A stretch of DNA of 64,000 bases from sequence record MZ443783.1; one strand, written 5' to 3'. Within the stretch, counting starts at the first letter, position 1; the number at the start of each line of letters is the position of its first letter. Shown here one piece after another: positions 36,115 to 45,747 of the stretch. Below the pieces are notes generated by a model. It was not told where the DNA came from. It was given only the letters and a program-made list of their open reading frames with translations, and did no database searches. Position numbers and translations under genes: made by a program.

Positions 36115-36518
36115 TGAAAGCACTCTCTATCCGCCAACCGTGGGCGTGGCTGATTGTTCAAGGCCACAAGAAGATTGAGAACCGCACGTGGGACACGAAG
36201 AAGCGCGGACGTTTTCTCGTTCACGCCTCATCTAAGCGTCCGTCTGATCACGACATGCAGGTTGCCAAAGAAATCTGCGACGGTCTGAATATCACGCTGC
36301 CTGAAAAGCATGAGTTCGTTCTCGGCTCCATCGTTGGCTATGCGACTGTCTACGGTACGGTCACTCAGTCTGACGATCCATTCTTCTTCGGTCCTGTAGG
36401 CATTCAGTTGAAAGACTGCCGAGCCGTAGAGCCAATTCGCTTCAAAGGTGCTCTCAGTTTCTTCAACACACCGTTCTGTGTCGTAGGCGGTAAGGTAGTT
36501 CAGTCACCACGATGCTAA
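36114..36518 (+). CDS. ASCH domain protein
   Basis: MKALSIRQPWAWLIVQGHKKIENRTW, LVHAS, GSIVGYA, KGALSFF. Confidence 0.88.
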   Translation: MKALSIRQPWAWLIVQGHKKIENRTWDTKKRGRFLVHASSKRPSDHDMQVAKEICDGLNITLPEKHEFVLGSIVGYATVYGTVTQSDDPFFFGPVGIQLKDCRAVEPIRFKGALSFFNTPFCVVGGKVVQSPRC

Positions 36519-36727
36519 GACCCATACTCGTACCTCAGCAAGGCAAGCTCGTTCTAGCGCATCTCATCAATGAAGATCGCAACGAAGTTTATTTCGTGCG
36601 TCACCTTAAGGTGAGAGGTGTGACTGTGTGCCAAGTCGGCATTGTGCCTGTGGCAGTCGTAACATTCCTTTATGGCTTCTCGCCTACTGTGGATGATTAC
36701 GATGTGATTAAGCAGATGTGCAGATAA
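36512..36727 (+). CDS. hypothetical protein
   Basis: Packed ORF before a terminator. Confidence 0.45.
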   Translation: MLRPILVPQQGKLVLAHLINEDRNEVYFVRHLKVRGVTVCQVGIVPVAVVTFLYGFSPTVDDYDVIKQMCR

Positions 36728-36730
36728 AAT

Positions 36731-36755
36731 AGGGTGGCCTTAGGGCTGCCCTTTT
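36731..36755 (+). terminator. intrinsic terminator
   Basis: AGGGTGGCC-TTAG-GGCTGCCCT followed by TTT. Confidence 0.8.
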
Positions 36756-36791
36756 GCGTAATTTCTCCACATTAGCAAGAGGAGAAATACC

Positions 36792-37772
36792 ATGTTATTT
36801 GCAATAGGGTCCGCTCGGAAACGATTCGATGACCACCAGAACAGCGCCCTTTGTTTTGGTGCCGTGTTCGACAGCAATGTAACGAAAGACCAAGCGCTTT
36901 CAGATTGGCCCGGTAACGTTGCTCGTGCTGTAGCTGTATGCAACACCAAAGCAGGAAACAATCTGACGACAGGACAAGTGCAGGGCCTAAAAGGCAATCG
37001 CCTGTACGCCGCCACACTGTTTAGTCCAAACGTCAAACGTAGCTATGGTGATGCTAACTATGCTTTGTTTCTGACTGACTTGCGTTTGGTATTAGCAGGA
37101 CCTGTCGCGATCAATACGACAGCGCCTGTTGCTATGGGTGAGAATGGTTTCATACTAGCCGAACGTAGTGTCATGTATATGTTCAGGTCAGGAGGAACAC
37201 CTCAACTGTACAGCACATACAACACTGCGCAAAGCTATAGCGCTCGCGCAGGCAGCGATGTAATCTACACCGTCACTACGGTCAACTCCCTGCACTACAC
37301 ACGTACAGCACGTATGCCTACGACACTGACCGGAGGTGTGACAACATCTGGCTCCGACATAACAGTGACGTCAGCGATAGGCTACGCTACTGTAGGAACA
37401 GCGCAGGCATCCGGCCAGTTCTTCGGAACGATTGATGGTGGATATCGCTATCAACTAAGCGGGCGTAATGCGCAAGGTCAGTTCTACACCAACGACCCTG
37501 TTTTCTATAACGGTAATGGGCTATACGGTAACGTTGTACAAAATACAGATCGTAACTTGCGTATCTCCATCGCTGTTAGTGGCGCTAACGAAACGCCTGT
37601 GCCTAAATGGATGGGTAACGTGATTCAGATTGGCCGAGACTACTTCATGATGCGGTATGATATCGGAAGTGGTCTTGATCTGGAGAGCACCGCAACGCTT
37701 GTGCCTGGTGATAATGCTACGTTTACGCTTAACGCAACCAACTTAACATATCCTGACAGAGTATTAATGTAA
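36792..37772 (+). CDS. orphan paralogue of the - strand virion fibre-like family
   Basis: MLFAIG..GAVFDS..QGLKGNRLY N-terminus matches 58783 and 57719; T/S/G/N-rich; TAATTT at 36759, GAGGAG RBS. Confidence 0.6.
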   Translation: MLFAIGSARKRFDDHQNSALCFGAVFDSNVTKDQALSDWPGNVARAVAVCNTKAGNNLTTGQVQGLKGNRLYAATLFSPNVKRSYGDANYALFLTDLRLVLAGPVAINTTAPVAMGENGFILAERSVMYMFRSGGTPQLYSTYNTAQSYSARAGSDVIYTVTTVNSLHYTRTARMPTTLTGGVTTSGSDITVTSAIGYATVGTAQASGQFFGTIDGGYRYQLSGRNAQGQFYTNDPVFYNGNGLYGNVVQNTDRNLRISIAVSGANETPVPKWMGNVIQIGRDYFMMRYDIGSGLDLESTATLVPGDNATFTLNATNLTYPDRVLM

Positions 37773-37780
37773 GGACGACT

Positions 37781-38200
37781 ATGCTTCCTCTAGCACCAGC
37801 AACCAGAGTAGTCAGTATGCGCAACGGCAATAAGGACTATGATGTTCGTATTGACCGTGAAACCAAATGGGGCAACAAGTTCTATATGACCCACGAGACT
37901 GTCGCAGAACGCAATAGAGTGTGTGACGAACACGAAGTTGATTTGTGGGAGAAGATAGAGAACGGTGAGATATTGTTGCGTCACCTTCTCGAACTCTACG
38001 GAAAGAGGCTGGGTTGTTGGTGCAGTCCAAAGCGTTGTCACGGCGATGCGTTGGCGAGAGCCGCAGAATGGGCATATCAGCTAAACTGTAAATACGAGCG
38101 TATAAAACGTACTTACAGGAAAAGGCGAAATGCGAAGCGTAAACAAGCAGCGCAAAGTAAAAGCGCAAACACTCGTAACAAGAAGAAAATTCCTCGGTAG
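37781..38200 (+). CDS. DUF4326 family protein
   Basis: VRIDRETKWGNKF..LYGKRLGCWCSPKRCHGDAL. Confidence 0.8.
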   Translation: MLPLAPATRVVSMRNGNKDYDVRIDRETKWGNKFYMTHETVAERNRVCDEHEVDLWEKIENGEILLRHLLELYGKRLGCWCSPKRCHGDALARAAEWAYQLNCKYERIKRTYRKRRNAKRKQAAQSKSANTRNKKKIPR

Positions 38201-38210
38201 TAGTCCTTCA

Positions 38211-38708
38211 ATGAAAGCCCTGAGCTGGGAAGTGTTCCAGAGCACATTCAAAGATGTTGCTTACGGACAGTTTCGCCTAGCTTGGGGCGCCTCTCTGGTA
38301 ACAATCCATACGCTCGATCAGACACGCCATAATTGTGATTACGAGTACCTTGAAAAACTCGATAAGCTGATTGACGCCCTCAAGACGTTTACACCAATCG
38401 TAGGCACGACTAACCAAGCAGCATTCCGTGAGTGGCTTAATCCTCTGGACACGTCTGCTACAGGAAGCGTTGCATATCACTACGATGTTGAGTCAACCGA
38501 ATCCATCATCTACTTTGAACTGGCCAGTTGCGACGATAAGATTCGAATCTACCCTCATCACTTCCCTGCACCTCAGTTGAAAAACATGGTCCGTTGTTTG
38601 GATAACATCCGTGTGGAACTCGTCAACCATAGGGCGACTTACGTGCGTTTGATGAAGCAAATAGAATCTGTAAAGATCAGCTATACAGAACAAAAACAGG
38701 TGGCTTAA
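38211..38708 (+). CDS. hypothetical protein
   Basis: First ATG after the previous stop. Confidence 0.55.
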   Translation: MKALSWEVFQSTFKDVAYGQFRLAWGASLVTIHTLDQTRHNCDYEYLEKLDKLIDALKTFTPIVGTTNQAAFREWLNPLDTSATGSVAYHYDVESTESIIYFELASCDDKIRIYPHHFPAPQLKNMVRCLDNIRVELVNHRATYVRLMKQIESVKISYTEQKQVA

Positions 38709-38711
38709 AAC

Positions 38712-39047
38712 ATGGCTCTAAATCATTTGCAGTATGCCCTTGGTCTGTTGGCCAAGGCAAGCGCACAGGTATCTCAGGCAGCACTTAACTGCCAGCAGCA
38801 TGGCTTCGACCACGTAGACCCTAAGAGTCTCGTGGCACTGACAGCGCGTGAGCATTTGATCAGCGGTCTGGACGATGTTGCTGCGGCTGTGCTGCTCGTC
38901 GAGCGTGAAGCTGGACCACATTTCGAGTTCGTGCCTGATACTCGTCGTGCGCTTAACAAGATGGACCAACTGCGTTCCCAGCTAGGCTTCGCTATTGAAT
39001 CAGGCCACGCAGAAGGTTATGAAGACGAAGAGGACGAAGATGAATAA
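38712..39047 (+). CDS. hypothetical protein
   Basis: Packed ORF. Confidence 0.6.
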   Translation: MALNHLQYALGLLAKASAQVSQAALNCQQHGFDHVDPKSLVALTAREHLISGLDDVAAAVLLVEREAGPHFEFVPDTRRALNKMDQLRSQLGFAIESGHAEGYEDEEDEDE

Positions 39048-39159
39048 TGAAATCGCAGGTCCTTGGTGGCACGTTGCTCTCGGCTTCGTAGCGGGTGTGA
39101 CTGTCACTGTCGCGTGTTTCGCTTCTCTGAAATACTTCGGTTTCATCTTAATCGTTTGA
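39040..39159 (+). CDS. 39-aa TM peptide (not in the ORF track)
   Basis: MNNEIAGPWWHVALGFVAGVTVTVACFASLKYFGFILIV*; GAGGA RBS. Confidence 0.5.
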   Translation: MNNEIAGPWWHVALGFVAGVTVTVACFASLKYFGFILIV

Positions 39160-39166
39160 GGTCAGC

Positions 39167-39682
39167 ATGAGCTATTCTTTTGTTGTTGAGTGGAATATCC
39201 GCTTAAAGCCTGATACACCCAAAGAAGTTATCAGCATGTTGAAGCAGTGGCACAACAATCCACACGGGTTTGATGACTTCCTGCATCTCGGTATTGATGT
39301 TGGTGCTGCGTTGGGTTGCCGTGATAGTGAAGGCTTTGCTAGTGTTGTGCCTGAACGTAACTTCATCCATGGCTCGGGCGTCGTGTCGTATATCCGCACC
39401 AGTGCCAACTTCTCTCGTCGCGCTCAAGGCACAGACCGTCTCGTAGGATTTATCAACTGGCTCGAACCATACATCGATCATCGGGATGAAGTAATTGGTG
39501 TTATGCGAGGCGAAGACGACCTGTACAATATTCACGATGATCGTGTGAACATTTGGGCAGACGAGCCAGCCACTCCTACGCACACGTACTTCGAAATTCG
39601 CGTCGTTAACAACCACGCCCAAATCAAATACACGCGTGGTGATCTCTATAACCTTTATCCGTGGGTACAACATGCTTACTAA
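39167..39682 (+). CDS. hypothetical protein
   Basis: GAGG RBS. Confidence 0.65.
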   Translation: MSYSFVVEWNIRLKPDTPKEVISMLKQWHNNPHGFDDFLHLGIDVGAALGCRDSEGFASVVPERNFIHGSGVVSYIRTSANFSRRAQGTDRLVGFINWLEPYIDHRDEVIGVMRGEDDLYNIHDDRVNIWADEPATPTHTYFEIRVVNNHAQIKYTRGDLYNLYPWVQHAY

Positions 39683-40346
39683 CATTGCTCGACTTGTCGC
39701 TACACAAGCACACGCTGGTCAGGTACGCAAGTACACTAACGAGCCTTATGTCAATCACCCTGAACGTGTATCTGCCTGGCTTTCCCAGTTTCACGTAGGC
39801 GAAGTGATTGAGGCTGCTGCCCTCTGCCATGATGTGCTGGAAGACTGCGACGTTAGTTACTCTGCGCTCGAAATGACTGTCGGTACTCAGGTTGCTGACT
39901 TGGTGCGGGAAGTCACTAACGGCGTTTATCCTGAAGGTACGCCGCGCATCGAGAAGTATTGGGGAAACATCCTCAAGTTACTGCAAGCCAGTCATCAGGC
40001 GCAAACTCTCAAGTGCGGTGATATCTACGACAACTGCAAAGACGTGTACGATCTGGACCCGTCTTATGCTGCGCGTTACATCGCAGAGAAGTTCTTCCTC
40101 GTGCGTTCGTTCACTCGCGCTCAGGGTGACGTGCGGGATGCAACGTTGAACCTGCTGTCGTCTATCTATAACGGTATGTCGGACGGCCATAAGATTTACT
40201 GTCTGGAGTACATTCAGCAGATTGGCCGCGAGTGCCCAGACGACATGGTTGTTCGTTTCCACAACATTATGGTTGAAGCCAATACCTACAATGGCTGCAC
40301 CCTTCGTATCGGGGATAACTATGGAACTGCGCCTGCCTCCGTTTAA
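39672..40346 (+). CDS. RelA/SpoT-type HD hydrolase (small alarmone hydrolase-like)
   Basis: AHAGQVRK..EPYVNHP..V, AALCHDVLED, LVREVT, LKCGDIYDN. Confidence 0.82.
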   Translation: MLTNIARLVATQAHAGQVRKYTNEPYVNHPERVSAWLSQFHVGEVIEAAALCHDVLEDCDVSYSALEMTVGTQVADLVREVTNGVYPEGTPRIEKYWGNILKLLQASHQAQTLKCGDIYDNCKDVYDLDPSYAARYIAEKFFLVRSFTRAQGDVRDATLNLLSSIYNGMSDGHKIYCLEYIQQIGRECPDDMVVRFHNIMVEANTYNGCTLRIGDNYGTAPASV

Positions 40347-40695
40347 AACTCGGTCTGTGCTGGTTGAGCACATGGACGTTAAGCAAAAGCAAGCTGTAGC
40401 TATTCTGACAGTCAATGAGACTAGCTGGTGGGGATATAAGAAACGCCATCTGCGTGTAGCTATGCAATGCCGTAAGACCACACGCAAAGAACCAGAGTGG
40501 TCTGCATTAGTTCGCTGGGATGACGGCTACATGGTCACGCCAATCTGCAAGGACAGTGACGTCCTGACAGTAGCAACCAATACACTACGCGATATGCGCA
40601 ACATGAACATGACACATTATGATCAGTTGCTTGCGCACCGCCTATCCATTCATATGAGAAAGCATCATGGCAAAACTCTCGCTGCATCTGTTTGA
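40321..40695 (+). CDS. hypothetical protein
   Basis: GGGGA RBS. Confidence 0.55.
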   Translation: MELRLPPFKTRSVLVEHMDVKQKQAVAILTVNETSWWGYKKRHLRVAMQCRKTTRKEPEWSALVRWDDGYMVTPICKDSDVLTVATNTLRDMRNMNMTHYDQLLAHRLSIHMRKHHGKTLAASV

Positions 40696-41050
40696 AAACG
40701 TGGTGAACGAACAGGAGTTCGCTGAACGTCGCTTCCACAAAAGCATTATGTTCATGCACGGCGTATCGTCCAATAGTCCTTATGCCAAAGACAGTCTGCC
40801 TGTAACGTTCGCTGTATACGAAGTCGGTGATACCCGCACGTATGCCGCAACTGTTGGACAGAAGTTGTCTGAACAGCTACAGGAAGCGATGAATCTCGAA
40901 CCTGTGCGTGTTTGGCAGTTGGTTCGTCGTGGTAATAACGTGTACTTCGTTGGCGATTGCTCAGAAGCGATTATCGCTGATAACGTAGTACCTATGGAAA
41001 TTCGTGTTGAAGGAGGGCAAGATGCAGAACGATGCTGGGCTACATCTTGA
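40667..41050 (+). CDS. hypothetical protein
   Basis: Packed ORF. Confidence 0.55.
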   Translation: MAKLSLHLFENVVNEQEFAERRFHKSIMFMHGVSSNSPYAKDSLPVTFAVYEVGDTRTYAATVGQKLSEQLQEAMNLEPVRVWQLVRRGNNVYFVGDCSEAIIADNVVPMEIRVEGGQDAERCWATS

Positions 41051-41660
41051 GTTGACGACGAAGGATGTTGAGGCATACTGGAAAGGACGCGTCTTTATCG
41101 AAGCGGCACGTATTGCCCATGATGCACACGATGATAAGTCGGCGCACACCATGACTTATCAGGCGATTGCTCCGTACATGGAACAAGGTCGTGCTATCAT
41201 TGACCCTATCCGCGAACAGCACGAAGGTGATTTACCTGACGCCGTGTTTGAAGAAGGGCAGACGCTTGAAGCGCGTTTCGTTGTGATGTTGGCGCTGATG
41301 ATCGAAAGCGACAATCAGCAAGTAGGCGGGAAGACGATCAAAACGTTAGCTGACCTGTCAGGCTATGCGCGGGATAAGAAGATTGTGCTGGTGCTTAATC
41401 GACATGACACGGCTCTCTCGCGGCATCTCGCTCTGGAGTCTGGCTATGAAGTGCGGGACTCCGGACTCATCGAAGTGGCGAAAGCAATGCAGGAGAAGCT
41501 GACAGGCTTCGTCGAGCTGGACGCGCCACGTATCGTTAAAGATCCTGACCACAACCTCCGCGCCGTTCGTCAGAAGCACAATCGTGTTGGGCGCCACTCA
41601 GGCCACCATCGTTTCAACGCGAAGCCTCCGCGTCAGAACTTCAAAGGCCGTGGCCGATGA
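41022..41660 (+). CDS. hypothetical protein with a basic C-terminus
   Basis: GGAGGG RBS. Confidence 0.65.
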   Translation: MQNDAGLHLELTTKDVEAYWKGRVFIEAARIAHDAHDDKSAHTMTYQAIAPYMEQGRAIIDPIREQHEGDLPDAVFEEGQTLEARFVVMLALMIESDNQQVGGKTIKTLADLSGYARDKKIVLVLNRHDTALSRHLALESGYEVRDSGLIEVAKAMQEKLTGFVELDAPRIVKDPDHNLRAVRQKHNRVGRHSGHHRFNAKPPRQNFKGRGR

Positions 41661-42025
41661 TTCACGAAATGTATGCGATTGAATACGCGAACAATATTCC
41701 CACGCGTATTCACGTATTTCGTCCAGAAGCAGACCCGCAGCAATCCGATTACCGTGCGCTAGTCAGCATGGGAGCTTTCGATAAGCGTATGGGTTTGATC
41801 TGTGCGCGTAATATTACAGCTAAACGCTTCTGGCTGAAACGCAAGTTCGAATGGGATCAACTGGTGGAGAGTGACAGACGTATGATGCGCCTGCGCCATT
41901 CTCCTATTTGGATTAATCTTCCAAAGCAGATACACGATGACCTGTGGTCGTTCTATCGTGCAGTCGGCTGGGACTACAAGAGCAAGCGATTCGTTGACCA
42001 AAAATCCACTATCTCTGCCGTGTGA
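41657..42025 (+). CDS. hypothetical protein
   Basis: ATGA overlap. Confidence 0.6.
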   Translation: MIHEMYAIEYANNIPTRIHVFRPEADPQQSDYRALVSMGAFDKRMGLICARNITAKRFWLKRKFEWDQLVESDRRMMRLRHSPIWINLPKQIHDDLWSFYRAVGWDYKSKRFVDQKSTISAV

Positions 42026-42156
42026 AGTAACTAGCTTACTCGCGGTATCAACGCGCAGCGGGAAATTTCTCGAAGTGCTGAATAGCAACATCATTATACC
42101 AGCTGGGCAAAGTATCAGTCATGTTGTCGATGCCGCCCTTGTTGAGGGGAACATTC

Positions 42157-42504
42157 ATGAGCCTGAAAGACTGGTTGATAACGACGGAAACAATTATCCA
42201 CAAGATGGTTGTTGACGCACAAGAAGGTACGGCAGCAGGTCTGGTCGAGACTGTCTACTACGGTCCTAAGCGTACTGGTGGCCAGCGTCTACATAGTACA
42301 ACTCTGTCCTGCGTCTGCCATGATATCTATCGTCGCCATTTGACGTGGACTGATACTAATGGCATGGCTGATTTGCTGCCCAAGTATAACACCGCGAAGT
42401 CATTGAGCCGTAGACTGCGCACCGAAATAAACAAACTCGTAGCTGAGGGTAAAATCAATGGCGAGTCCATTATCAGAGATGCAGATCGGCAGCCCACTGC
42501 CTGA
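42157..42504 (+). CDS. hypothetical protein
   Basis: GAGGGG RBS before ATG 42157. Confidence 0.55.
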   Translation: MSLKDWLITTETIIHKMVVDAQEGTAAGLVETVYYGPKRTGGQRLHSTTLSCVCHDIYRRHLTWTDTNGMADLLPKYNTAKSLSRRLRTEINKLVAEGKINGESIIRDADRQPTA

Positions 42505-43180
42505 TTCAAAAGAACTTATCGCCAAGCAGTTGCGCGATGGTACGATTGAGTTTTTGTCAGGCGTGGAGGAGCTGGACGCGTTAAGCACAGTCACGTTACG
42601 CTCTGCTTCTGAAATAGGTCTGGATGTGTTGAATGGTACTTGGTGCTTCTCACCTAAGTATATGTATGAAACACGGCATCCTGTTTCGTACACGTTCGGT
42701 CATACTCAAGCGAAAGAGATCGGTGGGTACTCTGACCTGCTGCACACGATGGTGCAGAAAGCCGCGCAAGAGTTCTACTACGGACCTCTTGGACTTATTC
42801 GCAAGTTCCTGATTCAGCATGAAGCGAAAACAGGTAAGACTGACCTCCTGCTGCCAGAACAGTGGTCTGTAGTAATTGACGACAATCTGAAAATGCAGGA
42901 CTTCATGGGCGTCATCGAAGGTTACGTTCTGGGCAACGCACGACAAGCTGTTGCTGCGGCCGTGTACGAACAGTTCTATTCCACCGCGCAGAGACCATTT
43001 ATGCCGGTTCGCCTGGTGTACAAGCCATTCAACGTCACTATCTACCCTGTGGAAGATACAAAGATTCGTGGTCGTGAGCGGTTTGATATGACGCCTATTA
43101 TTCGCTTCATCTCTAATCCGAGAGGCCACGGTCTCAATCAGGAGATTTTCAAAGCGTACCGTGCGCTCGTAAATCTGTAA
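42458..43180 (+). CDS. hypothetical protein; start 42458 or 42479
   Basis: 240-aa ORF. Confidence 0.6.
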   Translation: MASPLSEMQIGSPLPDSKELIAKQLRDGTIEFLSGVEELDALSTVTLRSASEIGLDVLNGTWCFSPKYMYETRHPVSYTFGHTQAKEIGGYSDLLHTMVQKAAQEFYYGPLGLIRKFLIQHEAKTGKTDLLLPEQWSVVIDDNLKMQDFMGVIEGYVLGNARQAVAAAVYEQFYSTAQRPFMPVRLVYKPFNVTIYPVEDTKIRGRERFDMTPIIRFISNPRGHGLNQEIFKAYRALVNL

Positions 43181-43240
43181 ATACTGATTGCTAAAGTTAT
43201 CTGTTTAATCTGACTATCAAATCTCTATAAGGAAAGAATC

Positions 43241-43942
43241 ATGCCTTCTGTTAATGAAGCTCGCTCTCGTTCTGGTGTAGTTGACAACAGCGCCAAGTCT
43301 GTCAAGGGTGCAAACAAAGCAGGCCCTATTAAAGGTGGCGAACGTCCTATGGCTGCTGCCGGTGCTGCTCCTGCGTATCATCAGGTCCAACCGAACGTTC
43401 AGCCGGGTAGTGTTGCCGCTTCTCTGTCAGGCCGCGCTTCAAATATCAGCGTTGCCACTGCTGATCTTGCTGCTGTACTGGCCCGTCTGGGAATGTATGA
43501 TGCAGAGCCTCGTCTGGACCAAACCTCCTGCTCTACCGAAAACGTACTGGCCGTTCTGGACAATCACGTTGACCTCGAAGTGCGTTCTCTCGAAACCTTC
43601 TTGACTGCTGCTATCTACGGCGCCACCGACAAAGAAGTGTGCGACGAGTGCGATCAGGAAGAAGTTAAAGGCGGCGTTGCCGAAACTAACTACGGCAGCA
43701 AGTTCTTCTATCACGCCGATGTTATTCACAGCCGTCTGCGCGACATTGATCGTAAGCTGGAGCGTATTCGTGTTTCTCTGCTGGGCGAGCGTCCTGCTGT
43801 GGCCGAAGCGAAAACTGCAAACAACGATAGCACCGCCAGCCTGCACCAGTGCGTGTCAGTTCTGATCTCCCGTATTGATAATACGGTTGAGCGTGTGACC
43901 GAGCTGACCTCCGATATCCGTAACGGCCTGCTGGGCGAGTAA
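43241..43942 (+). CDS. hypothetical protein, coiled-coil-like C-terminus
   Basis: Long AT-rich leader with CTGTAAATA (43175) and TAATCT (43206); biased codon usage. Confidence 0.7.
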   Translation: MPSVNEARSRSGVVDNSAKSVKGANKAGPIKGGERPMAAAGAAPAYHQVQPNVQPGSVAASLSGRASNISVATADLAAVLARLGMYDAEPRLDQTSCSTENVLAVLDNHVDLEVRSLETFLTAAIYGATDKEVCDECDQEEVKGGVAETNYGSKFFYHADVIHSRLRDIDRKLERIRVSLLGERPAVAEAKTANNDSTASLHQCVSVLISRIDNTVERVTELTSDIRNGLLGE

Positions 43943-43947
43943 TCGTC

Positions 43948-44916
43948 GTGCCTCGTCTTACACCTTCTTTTGGAGAAATAATCGTGATCGATTTTGACAA
44001 TACTGTTATTCGTTTCGACGAAGAACGTCGCCCGTACTACACCGCTCGCGGCGCTAAAGGTAAGTTCGAACGTGTCTACCTGAGCGATGCAGAACAGCAA
44101 TCCTACAAAGAGCACGAAGTAGAAAAACGTGATCGTCTGAACAGTCAGGCTGTAGCGCCTGCTCGTGGTTTCTCTACTGACTGCCCTGCAGGCGATCACG
44201 GCGAGCGTGGTCCTGGGCCATGTCCTACCGGCGAAATCGCAGAACAAGAGCCAGATGAAGTTGATATGCCTATGCCGTTAGAGCTGACCGAAGTTCCTCA
44301 GTCTCCTGCACGTACTCTGGCCTGTCGCTCTGTTACGCTGATCAACTCCATGGCTGACTTGTCTGGGGCACTGTACGCATTCGGTGTTATCGACACCAAT
44401 CACGTCGGCAATCTGACGCACTTCATCCACCAGCAGATGAATAACGAAGAATGCGGTGAAGACTCTGACGGCGGCCTGGTCTCGGCGTATGCTTTCACCA
44501 ATCGCATCGCAGCAAACCTGTACCACACGTATAACGACGAGCGCTCCTACAGTCCTATGTTCGTTGTAGCGGAGCACGTAACGCCTGTTGTTACGCTGCT
44601 GCAATATTTGATGGGCATCGCGTTCCCTAACGGTGACATGGCAGTTCGCGCACAGCAACAGGGTCTGATGTATCGTAAGAACGATGACCTGCGTAGCTTG
44701 ATCGAAGATCTGCAAACCGTGTACAACAACATTCAGGCTGATCTCGGCTATGCCGGCGAAACGTTTGTCGGTGAAGTCCCTGCTGAAATCGGCGGTGACC
44801 TGGTTCTGACCGAAGGCCTGTCTAAAATCGGTCTGGTCCGTGCTGCCGACGAAATGGTGCAGTACCTGATCAACCGTGTAGACACTCTGGTAAGTATGCT
44901 GAACGCAGAAATGTAA
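43948..44916 (+). CDS. hypothetical protein
   Basis: 322-aa ORF, GTG start. Confidence 0.7.
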   Translation: MPRLTPSFGEIIVIDFDNTVIRFDEERRPYYTARGAKGKFERVYLSDAEQQSYKEHEVEKRDRLNSQAVAPARGFSTDCPAGDHGERGPGPCPTGEIAEQEPDEVDMPMPLELTEVPQSPARTLACRSVTLINSMADLSGALYAFGVIDTNHVGNLTHFIHQQMNNEECGEDSDGGLVSAYAFTNRIAANLYHTYNDERSYSPMFVVAEHVTPVVTLLQYLMGIAFPNGDMAVRAQQQGLMYRKNDDLRSLIEDLQTVYNNIQADLGYAGETFVGEVPAEIGGDLVLTEGLSKIGLVRAADEMVQYLINRVDTLVSMLNAEM

Positions 44917-44936
44917 TTCGGCGCTGTGAAAATAGA

Positions 44937-44971
44937 AAAGGGCGGCCCTCGTGATGAGAGTCGCCCTTTTT
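44937..44971. terminator. bidirectional terminator between the convergent gene blocks
   Basis: AAAAGGGCGGC..GTCGCCCTTTTT with A-tract and T-tract on either side. Confidence 0.8.
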
Positions 44972-44973
44972 CG

Positions 44974-45438
44974 TTATAATGCCAAACCAATACCAATGGC
45001 TGCTGCGATACGTGTCATCCACAGCTGGAAGTTCGCTGCCTTTTGGTCTTCAATGCGAGCCTTACGCTCCGCCACCAAATCCTCAGACAAACCGTTAGCC
45101 CTCACTTCTTCTGCTTGGGCTAAACGCAGTAACTTGTTGCGCTCATCAATCGTAAGGTTGAGAACGTCAATCAACTTGTTGCGCTCTTCGGTACGATCTT
45201 GTCCCGCCTTGTACAGGTTGATCAAATCAACCATGCCCTTATTATCCAGAACTGCTACCTTCCGCTCATCAATCACTTTGATTTTAACAGCAGGCTTGGC
45301 AGGAACCTTCTCTGGTGTCCACTCAACATGATTAATCTGCTGAATGTCCTGCATGGTCGTTTTCTTTTGCTCGCTAATCCCAGACAGTGAACTGCATCCA
45401 GAAACGAGCAACAACAGGAGTAACGTGATTATTCTCAT
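44974..45438 (-). CDS. spanin lipoprotein (o-spanin or u-spanin-like)
   Basis: Signal MRIITLLLLLLVSG-C lipobox, coiled region, hydrophobic C-terminus LWMTRIAAAIGIGLAL. Confidence 0.7.
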   Translation of the reverse strand: MRIITLLLLLLVSGCSSLSGISEQKKTTMQDIQQINHVEWTPEKVPAKPAVKIKVIDERKVAVLDNKGMVDLINLYKAGQDRTEERNKLIDVLNLTIDERNKLLRLAQAEEVRANGLSEDLVAERKARIEDQKAANFQLWMTRIAAAIGIGLAL

Positions 45439-45740
45439 AGCTTATTGTACCTGTCTACCAGCTCATCCATGCTGTCATCTTCTGACGGAGGCTTAACATC
45501 AGTCTCAGGCTTCCGCTCGTTCAGATCCTTCACCGCATCGTTGACAGTCTGGCTGTCTTGGACTTGGTTCTTGATTGCCTGCTCGCGCGTATTCTCATCG
45601 GCTTTCTGCTCACCTGTCGTAGTTGAAGCGCTTGTCGCAGGACGGCGAAGTAACAACGCCGACACGATAAGCACCGCAACAGATGCGAAAACCTTCCAGT
45701 ATTTTCTCAACAACTCAATAGCCTTAGACATAATCAGCAC
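45435..45740 (-). CDS. i-spanin-like protein
   Basis: Basic N-terminus, single TM VFASVAVLIVSALLL, hydrophilic tail; ATGA overlap with the lipoprotein. Confidence 0.6.
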   Translation of the reverse strand: MLIMSKAIELLRKYWKVFASVAVLIVSALLLRRPATSASTTTGEQKADENTREQAIKNQVQDSQTVNDAVKDLNERKPETDVKPPSEDDSMDELVDRYNKL

Positions 45741-45747
45741 TCCTGCA

